Origin: Octopus sinensis
Taxonomy: Eukaryota
Reading direction: 5' to 3'
NCBI RefSeq assembly: GCF_006345805.1
Contig: NC_043006.1
Location: 70,432,001-70,496,000 of the forward strand
Length of the DNA: 64,000 bases
This document shows positions 11,777 to 24,632 of this stretch, piece by piece; within the stretch, counting starts at the first letter, position 1; each line of letters starts with the position of its first letter. The translations under genes were made by a program, and so were the position numbers. The notes beneath the pieces are model-generated. The model did no database searches and was not told the origin of the DNA. It saw nothing but the letters and a program-made list of their open reading frames with translations.

Positions 11777-12341
11777 CACACAGCAGCACCAAAGGTAAGC
11801 TGTGTTATCTGTTGCTGTGTAAGCACGATGAAGCAGACAGTAACATATGACAAGAGGTTTCAATGGAGCAGTGATTTCAACACAAAACCATATTCTGAAT
11901 GGCATGCATATTCCTCCACCTCACTTGCCCACGGCACAGTCCTCATGGTCAAGTTCTCCCCTAGAAGTTTAGATTCTCAGTCATATTTGAAGCTATTGAA
12001 GCTGTTCTACTGTACCAACTCAGGCTGCAGCATTTTTGCAACTTGTATTATGGGCAACCGCAGCAATGATAATAGTTGATCAGCACACAGCAGGATGCTG
12101 ATAGTGGACATAAACAGATGATGATGATGGTGGTGGTGGTGGCAGCAGCAGTGATGATGATAATGATGATGACTTGGTATTCACAATCTGTGATACTAAG
12201 TCATTCCTCAGAGAAGAATGTTCCACTCAGCATAGTTTACTAATCAATGTCTACAGTATAAGAGCTGGACCTTCTGGTATGTCGATGTGGTTATACACCA
12301 CGACATACCAGAATTTCGCTGTTTGTGATGTTTTATCTTAT

Positions 12342-12556
12342 GGATCCATATCAGGACAATTACCCCCCCTCCCATAGGACAATTCCCCTTAATGACAACT
12401 ACCCCTCTAGGACAATTACCCACCTTGGTTGAATACCCCCTCTTCAATATATTAAGAAGTTTTAAATCATCATCTGTTGTCCTCAAGGTTAATTAATTGT
12501 CCGTGAGGGGTCAGTTATTTCCATGAGGGGGTAAATATTCAAGACTCTGTGGATCT
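12342..12556. mobile_element. MITE-like insertion with GGATC..ATT(T)ACCCCC-type inverted termini, inside an unclassified repeat also present at 23485-23680
   Basis: TGGATC at 12341-12346 and 12550-12555; the paralog has a single TGGATC at 23517-23522 with otherwise collinear flanks. Confidence 0.7.
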
Positions 12557-13430
12557 CTTATGTCTCATTTGCATCGTGAACAATAGTTGAGTTTCCTGTT
12601 AAACACAGCGCACTCAACTACGTTCCAAGTGCAGCTACATGTTAACGCTAACCAAAGGATGTTCTTCTGCACTCATATTTATATTTCTGAAGCAAAATAC
12701 CTAATGCACACCCATTAGAATTACACATACAGATCACCAGATCCAATAATTAGTGAGATTACCAAACTGCTATAGACATCAAACACTATCAACAAAGCAG
12801 CAAAGTGTTGGACATTATCATCATTTTGGTGACAATCACAACCACCATTACCACCACCATCATCATCATTCATCATTATCATTTTTGTCAAAACTACCAT
12901 CATTTTCTCACCATTACACTATTATCATCATCATCATCGTCATCATCATTATCATCACCACCATCATCATCTTCATAACCACCACCATCACCACTATATA
13001 ATCTTCATCATCATCATCATCAATGGTGGTAAGTCAGAGTTTTGCACTGGCATATATTTTTATAGTATGCTAATGGAATGAGGTCACCACCTATGTGTCA
13101 CTCCCTGGGCATGGTATGGATGCTTTTATATATATATATATTATATATATATATATATATATATGAGAGAGGGAGGGAGAGAGAGAAATGTGGATGATGA
13201 GTGGGTGTAGGAAAAAATGTCGGTGACTGTATGTAAATAGGTGCATGTGTATAATTTGGTGTGTGTGTATGTGGATGTTCGCATTTAATATACACACATA
13301 GATATATATATATCAAAGCATGCACACACAAACACACTGCAACTTACTATATCCAAAACCCCCTTTTCTACTTTCCTGTGTGGTCTTACCCCCTCCCTTC
13401 TCTCCCTCTCTCCCCCTGTGTGTGTGTGTG

Positions 13431-13464
<34 letters not shown>

Positions 13465-13870
13465 CTTTAGTTAAATATATTCAATGAGAATATTATTTAC
13501 TGAATTTATATTGAGTGCTCTATTGTATCAAAGTATTTATATATTTAATACGAGCGATTATTTATATATATATCTTTTTTTTGTAATGATATATTATTAT
13601 TGATATTAGGATATTAAATACTTAATTCAAAACTTTTAAACTGTCATATACATTATATATTTATACTTATACTTATTTACATATATTTTTATACATATTT
13701 ATATTTATTTATTTATATATTTTTAATACAACAATTATTTTTCACATGCGTATGTTTTTCTGAGGAGTTTTCTGATACTGATTTCCTAATATTAATAGTA
13801 ATATATTATAAAAAAAAACCAAAATATATATATATCTATACACATACACACACTCTCTCCTCTCTCTTTA

Positions 13871-13931
<61 letters not shown>

Positions 13932-13939
13932 TCATCATC

Positions 13940-14790
13940 ATTGTTTAACATCTGCTTTCCATGCAGGCATGGGTTTGACGGTTTGACTGAGGGCTGGCAA
14001 GCCAAAAGGCTGCACCAGGATCCAATCCGATCTGGCAAAGTTGGATGCCATCCCTAATGCCAACCACTCTGAGAGTGTAGTGGGTGCTTTTTATGTGCCA
14101 CCGGCACGGGGACCAGTCAGGCGGTACTGGCATTGACCACACTCAAATGGTGCTTTTTACGTGCTACTGGCACAGGAGCCAGTCAGGCAGCACCAGCAAC
14201 AATCACACTCGAATGGACTTATTTACATGCCACCGGCACGGGACCAGTCAGGCGGCACTGGCATCAATTACACTCAAATAAATGTATATATATATATATT
14301 CACAGATAGACATATGTGTATTAAATATATGTGTGTGTATGATAGGTGAGTGTTGGATGAGAATTTTAGTGATTGCATCTAAATAGGTGCAATAATGTAT
14401 CATTCACCATGTGTGTGTGTGTAAATGTGTGTGTGTTTGTGTTCATTTTACATATGCATACATGTATTAACACACAAATTGTAACATACTACATCTGACA
14501 TATCCTGCCTCTCTGCATCCATCTGCATCACATACACACATCATCATCGTTTAATGTCCGTTTTCCATGCTAGCATGTGTTGGATGGTTCGACCGGGATC
14601 TGGGAAGCCAGGAGGCTGCACCAGGCTCCGGTCTGATCTGGCAGTATTTCTACAGCTGGATGCCCTTCCTAACGCCAACCACTCCGTGAGTGTATTGGGT
14701 ATTTTTTACATGCCAGGCGAGGCTGGCAACAGCCGTGATCGGATGGTGCTTTTTATGTGCCACCGGCACAGAAGCCTGTTAAGGCAGCGC
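13940..14790 (-). mobile_element. Two RTE LINE 3' UTR fragments (13940-14280 and 14540-14790)
   Basis: catcatc..gtttaa..tccg.tttccatgc..gcatggg start and internal gccagtcaggcggtactggc units. Confidence 0.85.
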
Positions 14791-15019
14791 ACATGCATAT
14801 ATATATATATATATATATATACATACATACATGTTTGTGTGTGTGGAAGCTGGAAAGTTCACTGTCTGTTGCAATGAGTTTCGCATTTTTCGAAAACTCA
14901 GAATACCACTTAGTGAAATGTTCAGCTTTCAAACACACACACTCATATGTGCATGCATATGTATTTGTATATATGTACGTACGTAAACATGTGTGTCTAT
15001 GCATGTATATATATATATA

Positions 15020-15894
15020 TAGGTGCAGGATTGGCTGTGTGGTAAGCAGCTTGCTTACCAACGACATGGGTTCCTGCGTGGCACCTTGGGTAAGTGTCTT
15101 CTACTATAGCCTCGGGATGACCAAAGCCTTGTGAGTGGATTTGGTAAATGGAAACTGAAAGAAGCTCGTCGTATATAAATGTGTGTGCATGTGTATGTTT
15201 GTCTATGTTTACCCTGCCCACCATCGCTTGACAACCAATGTTGGTGTGTTTACATCCCCCGTAACTTAGCGGTTCGGCAAAAGAGACTGATAGAATAAGT
15301 ACTAAGCTTACAAAGAATAAGTCCTTGGGTCGATTTGTTCAACTAAAAGAATATATATATATATATATATATGATGGGCTCTCCCATTGTTAGATAACAT
15401 ATAGGGGTTTGACAATTTTTACCAAACAACCACACAGATGATTTGATTATAGTGATCAAATGTTTGTGTACACATAGCTCCCTCACTCCATCAGATCGAC
15501 ATTACCTGCACAGGTGCAATGGGTTCCACATGTTAGATGACAAATGATTGCAGAGCAACGTGAAATGAAGTGCTTTGCTCAAGAACACAATGCAAGGCCC
15601 AATCAAGGAATTAAACCCATGATCTCACAATTGTGAGTGCAACTCCTTAACCACTAAGCCATGTGCTTTCACACACATATATATACACACATACATATAT
15701 GTGTCTATGTATATATATATATATATATATACACATACCTGTGTGTTTATACATGTTTATTTGTGGCTGTGTGGTAAGTAGCTTGCTTATCAACCACATG
15801 GTTCCTGGTTCCAAATGTCTTCTACTATAGCCTCGGACCAACCAAATCCTTGTGAGTGGATTTGGTAGACGGAAACTGAAAGAAGCCCATCATC

Positions 15895-15947
<53 letters not shown>

Positions 15948-17655
15948 ATATGTTTGAGTGTCTGTGTTTGTCCCCCCCCAACATCGCTTGACAACTGATG
16001 GTGGTGTGTCTATCTCCCTGTAACTTAGCAGTTCAGCAAAAGAGACTGATAGAATAAGTACTAAGCTTACAAAGAATAAGTCCTGGGGTCGATTTGCTTG
16101 ACTAAAGGCAGTGCTCCAGCATGGCCGCTGTCAAATGACTGAAACAAGTAAAAGAGTAAAAAAGAGTATATATACGTATATGTGTGTATATATATATATA
16201 TACATATATGTGCGTGTGTATATAAATATATAATAGAACTCTACATCATGTATTGAGTACTGTTTTCTTCTCCCCATTTGTAGAGTGTGCTAAAAACATA
16301 TGCACACAGAAGCTCAGTCATGAGCAGTCATGCATTTAACGCATGCACATACTAAGGCCAACATAAACTTAAACACACATGCACACACATATACACACAC
16401 AAACAAGTGCACTTAAAAAAACTGGTGTAAGTTATGCAAACACACAGCTGACTTACTAATACCTATACTATTATATAAGCCAACTTAAACACACGCCTAT
16501 ACCCAGACACACGTCATTAATTACTTCCTCTCTGTTTCCTTATATTCTTCTCTGTGTGTGTACACACACACACATACACATGCACACACTCATTAATTAC
16601 TTCCTCTCTCTTTCAGCCTCACTTTTTCACATACATAACACACACACACATACATATATATCCATGCATACCTATACACACATACACTCGTGCACATACA
16701 CACATACATACACACACACAAAACATTTTACATATACACACCCACATAGCAACAAGAATCACACATTTCCTATCTTCATGTCTCTTTCTTACTTCCTAGA
16801 AAATTCTTTCCAATTTGCTGTCTGTGGATAGGAACAGGGGAAAATATCAGGATGGGGGGTGGGTATAAGAATGCGTGAGAGACGAATGTATGAGAAGGTG
16901 TGTGTGTTTATGAGAGTGAGAATGAGAGAGAGAGAAAGAGAGAGGGAGAGAGATGTGTGTGATATAGTGAGAGGGAGGTAGATGTCTTTTGGTTGATCTG
17001 ACCTGTACTGTACATTCACCTGCAACACTCCCACCACCATGAAAGTTGTGGGGGTGTTGGGATTGACCATTCTGTCTTCCTTAGTGTATCTGGGACTACA
17101 TCTAAAGTAGGTTGTCAATGGTAGCATTTTGGTGGTGGCAATAGTAGTGTGTGTGTGTGTGTGTGTGTGTAGGTGGTTGTGTGTGGGAGGATGGTGTTTG
17201 TAGGTGGCAGTGGTCATGTACATGTAGTAGTAGTAGTTAAAGTAGTGGTGGTGGTGGTGTTGTGTTTGGAGTGGTTCTGTTATCAGTGGTATGTATGCAG
17301 TAGTGAAATAAGCAAATATGGCTGGAGTGCTACAGATGTGGATTTTTGAAATGATGGTTGTTAGACTTAATCCTACCTCTTCAAACAGATGAAAGACATT
17401 TCTCTAAACTCCTTGCATCTACATCCATGCTTATTTCTTTTAGAGCAGTTTGTATGCATATATACACTTGTGTGTGTGTGTAGGAGTGGTTGTGTGGTAA
17501 TTAGCTTGCTTACTAACCACATGGTTCCAGGTTCAGTTCCACTGCATGGCACCTTGGGCAGGTGCCTTCTACTATAGCCTCAGGCCGACCAAAGACTTGT
17601 GAGTGGATTTGGTAGATGGAAACTGAAAGAAGCCCATCGTTTATGTGTATATATG

Positions 17656-17694
<39 letters not shown>

Positions 17695-19049
17695 ATATGT
17701 ATATATGTGTGTGTGTGTGTGTATATGTATATATATATATATATATGTGTATGTTTGTGTGTCTGTGTTTGTCCACCCAACATCGCTCGTGTGTTTACAT
17801 CCCCGTAACTTAGTGGTTCGGCAAAAGAGACCGATAAAATAAGTACTAGGCTTACAAAGAATAAGTCCTGGAATTGATTTGCTCCAGCATGGCCACATTC
17901 AAATGACTGAAATGAGTAAAAGAGAGTAAAGAGTATATCATATATCATATATAATGATGGACTCTCTCCTCGGCAGATGACTATGAGGGCTTGAATATTT
18001 CTTACTGAACTACCACACAGATGGTTTGTTTATAATGATCAAATGTTTGTGTACACATAAGCTCACTCCCTCCATTGCATCGAATTTACCTGTACAGGTG
18101 CAACAGGTACCACATGTCAGATGAAGAAATGATCGCAGAGCAACGTGAAATGAAGTGCTTTGCTCAAGAAGCACAACACCCGGTCTGGGAATCGAACCCA
18201 TGATCTCGCAATTGTGAGTGCATCACCCTAACCACTAAGCCATAGATAGATAGATAGATATAGGTACATTGCCTAGTGGTTACACCACCACTGCCACCTA
18301 CAAACACTATCCTCCCCCTCCCACATACACACACTACTATTACCACCACCAAAATGCCATCATTGATAACTTAAGTTAATTTTTTGACTCAAAAAGCAAA
18401 AAGCAAAGCCATGTAGGGGGACATGGAGTTATGTACAGGGGTGTTCATGCAAAGAGTTCAGGCCATTTCTGGTCAAGAGAGACTTTGAACCGAGTGGTCG
18501 TCGGCATCTTCACTATCTCGTCCGGCAGCTTATTCCACGGATCCGCAACCCTTCGATTGAGATGTAGTCCCAGATACACTAAGAAAGACAGAATGGTCAA
18601 TCCCAACACCCCCCACAACTTTCATGGTGGTGGGAGTGTTGGAGATGAATGTGTAGTACAAGAGCACAATGCAACACCTGGTCTGGGAATCGAACCCATG
18701 ATCTCACAGTCATGAATGCAACACCCTAACCACTAAACCATAGATAGCTAGATATAGTGTGCATGACCTAGTGGTTAAGGTCATGGTGTCAATTCCTGGA
18801 CTGAACAGCATGTTGTGTTCTTGATAAAAACATTTCATCTCGCTTTGCTCTGCAATTGATGTCAATTTGATGGAGAAAGTGAACTATAGGTGCAGGAGTG
18901 ACTGTGTGGTAAGTAGCTTGCTTACCAACCACATGGTCCTGGGTTCAGTCCCACTGCATGGCACCTTGGGCAAGTGTCTTCTACTATAGCCTTGGGCCGA
19001 CCAATGCCTTGTGAGTGGATTTGGTAGACAGAAACTGAAAGAAGCCTGT

Positions 19050-19098
<49 letters not shown>

Positions 19099-19310
19099 AT
19101 GTTTGTGTGTCTGTGTTTGTCCCCCTAGCATTGCTTGACAACCGATGCTTGTGTGTTTACGTCCCCGTAACTTAGTGGTTCGGCAAAAAGAGAAGACCGA
19201 TAGAATAAGTACTAGGCTTACAAAGAATAAGTCCTGGGGTCGATTTGGTCGACTAAAGGCGGTGCTCCAGCATGGCCGCAGTCAAATGACTGAAACGAGT
19301 AAAAGAGTAA
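15020..19310 (+). mobile_element. Cluster of four + strand SINE-A copies (15020-15345, 15760-16165, 17480-17930, 18890-19310)
   Basis: Repeated head/body/tail consensus with internal TA/TG microsatellite. Confidence 0.9.
18395..18555 (-). mobile_element. CR1-type LINE 3' end
   Basis: Minus strand RRVADPWNKLPDEIVKMPTTTRFKVSLD, the characteristic CR1 ORF2 C-terminus. Confidence 0.75.
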
Positions 19311-19704
19311 TGCAGAACACAAACTTTTCGATCATTATAGACAAATCATCTGTGCAGGATGTACAGCAAGATTTGCAAAGCCCTTATCTGTTGTCAGCGA
19401 CAGGGAAGTCCACAATATAATCACGAGGTGGAAACAGCTGGGTAAAACAAGCTGTTGGGAAGTATCCTTTTATTTTTTTTACTTCTTTCAGTCATTTGAC
19501 TGTGGCCATACTGGAGTACCACCTTTAATCGAGCAAGTCGACCCCAGGACTTATTCTTTGTAAGCCTAGTACTTATTCCAACGGGTCTCTTTTACCGAAC
19601 TGCTAAGTTATGGGAACATAAACATACTAACATCGGTTGTCAAGCAATTGTGGGACAAACACGGGGACACAAATACGTACATACATCATACATACACACA
19701 CACA

Positions 19705-21135
19705 CTAGCAGAGGCGCCCGGTGTTGTCCGGGATTGAAATTTTTCCTTATATATAAGAAAACAGCAAAACATGTTGTATAGAAATTTGTTATTGTAAATT
19801 CAATTTATTCAGTTTGGATACAATTTATTCTTTAATTGGGAAATCAATTATGAATTCATAATACAAAATAATAATAATAATAATAACAATAATAATAATA
19901 ATAAACGGAAATACAAAATTTACCACTTTTATGAAAGGAGATAATTTCTACCACATGTTGCAGGAAACTATGTAGGGGCTATTGAGTAAACGACATTCTT
20001 TCGTTTTCTGGTTTGGAGCATAGACAAATAAGTCTTGCAAATTACCTACCCTGGAGCAACCACCAAAGTTGACCATGAGAAAAGCAAGCCAGTAGATTTC
20101 AAAGACTAACCTTGACCTTTATGAATAGACATTGCAAAGTGAAGTCGCACTGGGAATTGTGTTCGTTTGAACTGAAAGGGCATATCTGTTGATTTGATTG
20201 TTATTCTTGGAACAAAAGCTTCTTCCCCAGAGGCAAATCCAGTGATGATGGTAGCTTCTGTCACATTAGGGATAATGTCTTCTCAATAACCCTGTCCTAT
20301 CGCATAATTGAAGAGGATCTAAATTTCTTAGAAGTATTATTGAGACTCTTACCTTCAGAAAAACTTTATGTGGTGGAATTGCAGGTGGCTCCAGAGAATT
20401 AATGAACTCTGTTGGGTAATGGACAGCTTGATTTTCATCAAGGACTGAATCAACTGATTTGTACTTCTTAATGACTGTTGGAATCTTATTTATTCATGGT
20501 TAATTCTTACTACTGTGTCATTTTTTGGAGTAAGAATTGCCCTTTCACACAACCATTTATGTGAATTATAATTATTACTTAAGTCTGGCAATACCCTGTA
20601 CTTCAATTCAGCTGGAGAATTCACCATGATAGCAATATGAAGCAAACTGATATCACCATTCCCATCAAATGGTACTTTGCCATTTCATAATTGGAAGAGC
20701 CAGATTGAAAACTGTTTCACACATCAATCCCCATGTAATGAATCTCATACGTTAGTATTGAAGGAGAATTTCATTACTTTATTCCATAGGTGTGAAGACT
20801 TAATGCATGATTTTATTTTATCAGATCTTGTTCATGTCAGAATGACTGGTAATGTCTGTCTGAAGTCACTTGATAAAGCAAATGTAACTCCTCTCATAAA
20901 TTTATTGTTGCCTCTGATGACCTGTAAGATCTTACAAAGAACTTTCATTTGCACCTCTGTTACTTGGTGCATTCATCCCAAATGATCATGTGGCATTGGC
21001 ACAACACTTCTGCTGAACCTGAATCTTTGCTTATGTTACAAATTAGACTGTCACTTGTGACCAGGTTTAGTGGTAATTTAAAAGCAGAATGAGCTGTTCA
21101 TCCTACTGAAATAAACCTTATGGGCAATCCACAAA
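19705..21135 (-). mobile_element. Helitron RepHel remnant (PIF1-like helicase half) with intact 3' end
   Basis: Minus-strand motifs TAHSAFKLPLN, IIWDECT, YPTEFINSLEPPAIPPHKVFLKV..ILLRNLDP, FKRTQFPVRLHFAMSIHKGQG, GCSRVG; 3' hairpin CCCGG..CCGGG (19717-19732) and CTAG|T at 19705-19708. Confidence 0.92.
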
Positions 21136-22477
21136 TATATGACAACACACCCCCTCATTCACTCACACAGACACACACATCATACGTAAATGTATATAAA
21201 CGTACATACAAAAACACGTGAGCATGTGTGATTCACTAGAAATACATAGAGCTGAACACAGCATGAAAAAGAAAATATATGAATGAATTTTACGTAAAAT
21301 AACCAAGTGTGCAAGTACCAGCAAAATAATGCCCATATTTTTTGACACCCCATGTTGAATTGCAAAATTTTAACGTGATATTTGTGTAATAAAGAAATCA
21401 AACCTGGAGTGTGTGTGTGAGACAGAGATAGAGATAGAGAGAGAGAGAGAACTTTGCAAATAATGAATGAGATGGACATGGAATGAAAAAATTTGTATAA
21501 ATAGAAACACGTTGAAAATTATCTTGTACCGAATATTTAAATTTGTAAACTTGGTAAATAATTCTTTCAATAATTTATCGTAGTTGTTTACAAATAACGA
21601 ATTAAAACTTTAAAAGAAAATATTAAAAATTAGACAGGGTCAGACTTCGCCAGTTTTATGTCAATACTGGAAGTAGACATTGAAAAAAAACCTTTTTGAA
21701 AGAAGTAATAATATTCGAAGGTATATTTGTAGTGAATTTCATTAAAAAAATATCCATTTTCTTGAAAGTGGAGACAAATTAAAGTAGACTCCGATGAGAT
21801 TTCAGAAATTCCTGAACCCCTCCTAACCCCCCCACCCCCACAAAAAAGAATTGAATATGTTTGAAATGAACACGTATTCGTAGAAAATTTTATTAAAAAA
21901 TATCCATTTTTCTGAAAGTTATGATCATTGAAATTTGGTGGAGGGGTCAGAAATCTATAGTTATGCTGACAAATTTGACATTTTCTTTCTATGCATGGTT
22001 ATATTGTGTATACAGAAATACAGGAGTGCAGAAGATAGTAAACAATGACAATAACTTGATGACGTAAATTATGTTTCTTAATACGACGGGCAGAAAGTAG
22101 ATAAGAAATTTTAATGGAAAATAAAGAATTGTACGGGTTAAAGTGAAATTTGTTACTCAGTGAACCAAAGAGCCAATATCGAAGGAACCAGAAAGAAACC
22201 ATCGACAACAGAAAAACACATAGCAGTACGGATTGAAGTGAAATTAATGAAGATACTTATGTCAGTAAATTATGAAATTACGTACATCAGTAATTGTGAA
22301 CTTCTTTCTGTCAGTAATTTGTCCTTTGTTTGTGAATAGCGATTCAAAACTTAGACTTAAAGTGAAAACAATGACATAGAAGTGAAACAATGGTGTATGA
22401 ATATTGTTAATGAAAGAATAGTGTCTGAAAAATGAAACTGAAAACAAGAGATATAGAGAAATAGATAGAGAGATATG

Positions 22478-22550
22478 TTACGTCACTGACGGTAGGAAAC
22501 CGGAAGTAATTATTTAAAAACCATTGACAGTCGTGAATGTTATATAAAAA
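22478..22550 (+). promoter_or_regulatory. Candidate promoter/enhancer: CRE-like TTACGTCA, ETS ACCGGAAGT and TATA-like TATATAAAAA
   Basis: Motifs at 22478-22485, 22499-22507 and 22541-22550, inside about 600 bp of non-repetitive CpG-retaining DNA; another TGACGTAA at 22060-22067. Confidence 0.4.
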
Positions 22551-22729
22551 GCAAAATTTTTATTTTTAATAATTTTTAGTAAAAAAAAATCAAATGAAGA
22601 CCTTATTATATGTCCGATGTCAAATTATTCATGCATCAGAAGTATGGAAGTAATTGGTAAAGCCGTTTTCGCATTAAAAGTGAATACGTACACATCTCTA
22701 TTTTATATATTAGATATATCATCATTATC

Positions 22730-23480
22730 ATTGTCGTCATCGTTTAACATCCGTTTTCCATGCGGGCATGGGTCGGATGGTTTGACTGGGGACTGGCAAG
22801 CCAGTAGGGTGCACCAGGCTCCAATCTGACCTGGCAAGCTTTCTACAGCTGGATGTCCTTCCTAACGCCAACCACTCTGAAAGTGTAGTGGGTACTTTTT
22901 ACATGCCACCAGCATAGGAGCCAGTCAGGCTGTACTGGCATCGACCATGTTTGGATGGCACTTTTTATATGCCACCGGCACTGAGAGCCAATCAGGTGTC
23001 ACTGGCATCAACCCACGCTTGAATGGTGCTTATTACATGTCACCAACAGTCAGGTGGTACTGACAATGGCAACAACTACAATTTCCATTTTGATTTCGAT
23101 CTTGATTTGCTTTAGATTTTGATTTTTGATTTTGTTTGACTCAATAGGTCTTCTCAAGCACAGCATATCGCCCGATAATTCCAAGGGACTTTTAAAATAG
23201 GATTATGCGAAACTGGCACAAGCTACAGCTGTGATCTCACTTTACTTGCCAGGTTTTCTCGATCACAGCATATCTCCAAAGGTCTCTTGTCATTGCCTCT
23301 GTGAGGCCCAACGTTTGAAGGTCATGCTTCACCACATCATCCCATGTCTTCCTGGATCTCCTTCCACTGTTAGGGTGTGATACTTCTTCACACAGCTCTC
23401 CTCATCTATATGCAGCACATAACCATGCCAGCGCAGTCGTCTCTCTTGTACACTATATCTGATGCTTCTTATGTCCAACG
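22730..23480 (-). mobile_element. 5'-truncated RTE LINE: RT C-terminus, 3' UTR and (GAT)n tail
   Basis: Minus strand VQERRLRWHGYVLHIDEESCVKK..TWDDVVKHDLQTLGLTEAMTRDLWRYAV runs directly into the family-B sequence. Confidence 0.88.
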
Positions 23481-23974
23481 TTTCTTATATTTCGCTGTTT
23501 GTGATGTTTTATCTTATGGATCTCCTATGTCTCACTTGCATCATGAACAATAGTTGAGTTTCCTGTCAAACACAGCTCACTCAACTATGTTCCAAGTTCA
23601 GCTACATGTTAACCCTGACCAAAGGATGTTCTTCTGCACTCACATTTATATTTCTGAAGCAAAATACCAAATGCTTGCTTCATCAACATCATTATCATTA
23701 TTTAATATCTGCTTTCTATGCTAGCATGGGTTGGATGGTTTGACTGGAACTGGTAGGCTGGAGAACTGCACCAGGTTCCAGTTTGATTTGGCATGGTTTT
23801 CTACAGCTGGATGCCCTTCCTAATGCCAACCACTCCAAGAGTGAAATGGGTGCTTTTAATTCCTACCAGTACGGGTGCCATTTGCATGACACTGGTATCT
23901 GCCATGGACGACAGGAGAAGCTAGAATGGTATGGAAGCTGAAAGAACTTTGATATTTCCTGGTAGTCTCAGTGT

Positions 23975-24358
23975 TACTCTTTTACTTGTTTCAGTCATTT
24001 GATTGTGGCCATGCTGGAGCACCGCCTTTAGTCGAGCAAATCGACCCGAGGACTTATTTTTTGTAAGCCTAGTACTTATTCTATTGGTCTCTTTCGCCGA
24101 ATCGCTAAATTACAGCTACAGCATTGGTTGTCAAGCAATGTCAGGGGAACAAACACAAACACACACAGACATACACATATATATATTTATATACATATGA
24201 TGGGCTTCTTTCAGTTTCCGTCTACTAAATCCACTCACAAGGCTTTGGTTGGCCCGAGGCTACAGTAGAGGACACCCGCCCAAGTTGCCATGCAATGGGA
24301 CTGAACCCCAAACCATATGGTTGGTAAGCAACCTACTTATCACACAGCCACTCCTGCA
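23975..24358 (-). mobile_element. SINE-A, full length; further minus-strand copies 19475-19680, 25955-26345, 33040-33450, 39820-40160, 42620-43025
   Basis: Reverse complement of the SINE-A consensus. Confidence 0.9.
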
Positions 24359-24489
24359 ACTCTTGGCATTGATGGAAGAAGCAATAATGTGAATCTCCAA
24401 AAGTGATCCTCCAGTTGACAACTGATGAAGGGAATGCCCTACACTGCAAATTAGATTTTAAAATATGATATATGCATATATATATATAT

Positions 24490-24632
24490 ATTTATTTTAT
24501 AGAAGGAGCTTCTACAGGACTAGAACTGTTTCATTCAAAAGAAATCATCAGGAAGCTCATGGTGAGCTTCCTGATGATTTCTTTTGAATGAAACAGTTCT
24601 AGTCCTGTAGAAGCTCCTTCTATAAAATAAAT
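24490..24632. repeat. Perfect palindrome: 70-bp arms, 3-nt loop (TGG)
   Basis: 24490-24559 is the exact reverse complement of 24563-24632 (checked base by base). Confidence 0.97.
24564..24616 (+). ncRNA. Type I hammerhead ribozyme motif in the right arm of the palindrome (mirrored on the minus strand in the left arm)
   Basis: Stem I GAGCTTC/GAAGCTC; CTGATGA 24571-24577; weak stem II TTC/GAA with U.U closing; GAAA 24590-24593; stem III ACAG/CTGT; GUA triplet with cut after 24609. Confidence 0.7.

Noticed and set aside
16975-17065. Shared peptide RCSPRYTKxDRMVNPNTP in ORFs at 16789-17223(-) and 18431-18715(+)
   Set aside because: Two inverted copies of a short dispersed repeat, not a protein motif.
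24415-24450. CTGATGA-AGGG-aatg-CCCT hammerhead half
   Set aside because: Stem II is present but is followed by ACAC rather than GAAA, and no stem I/III partner was found.
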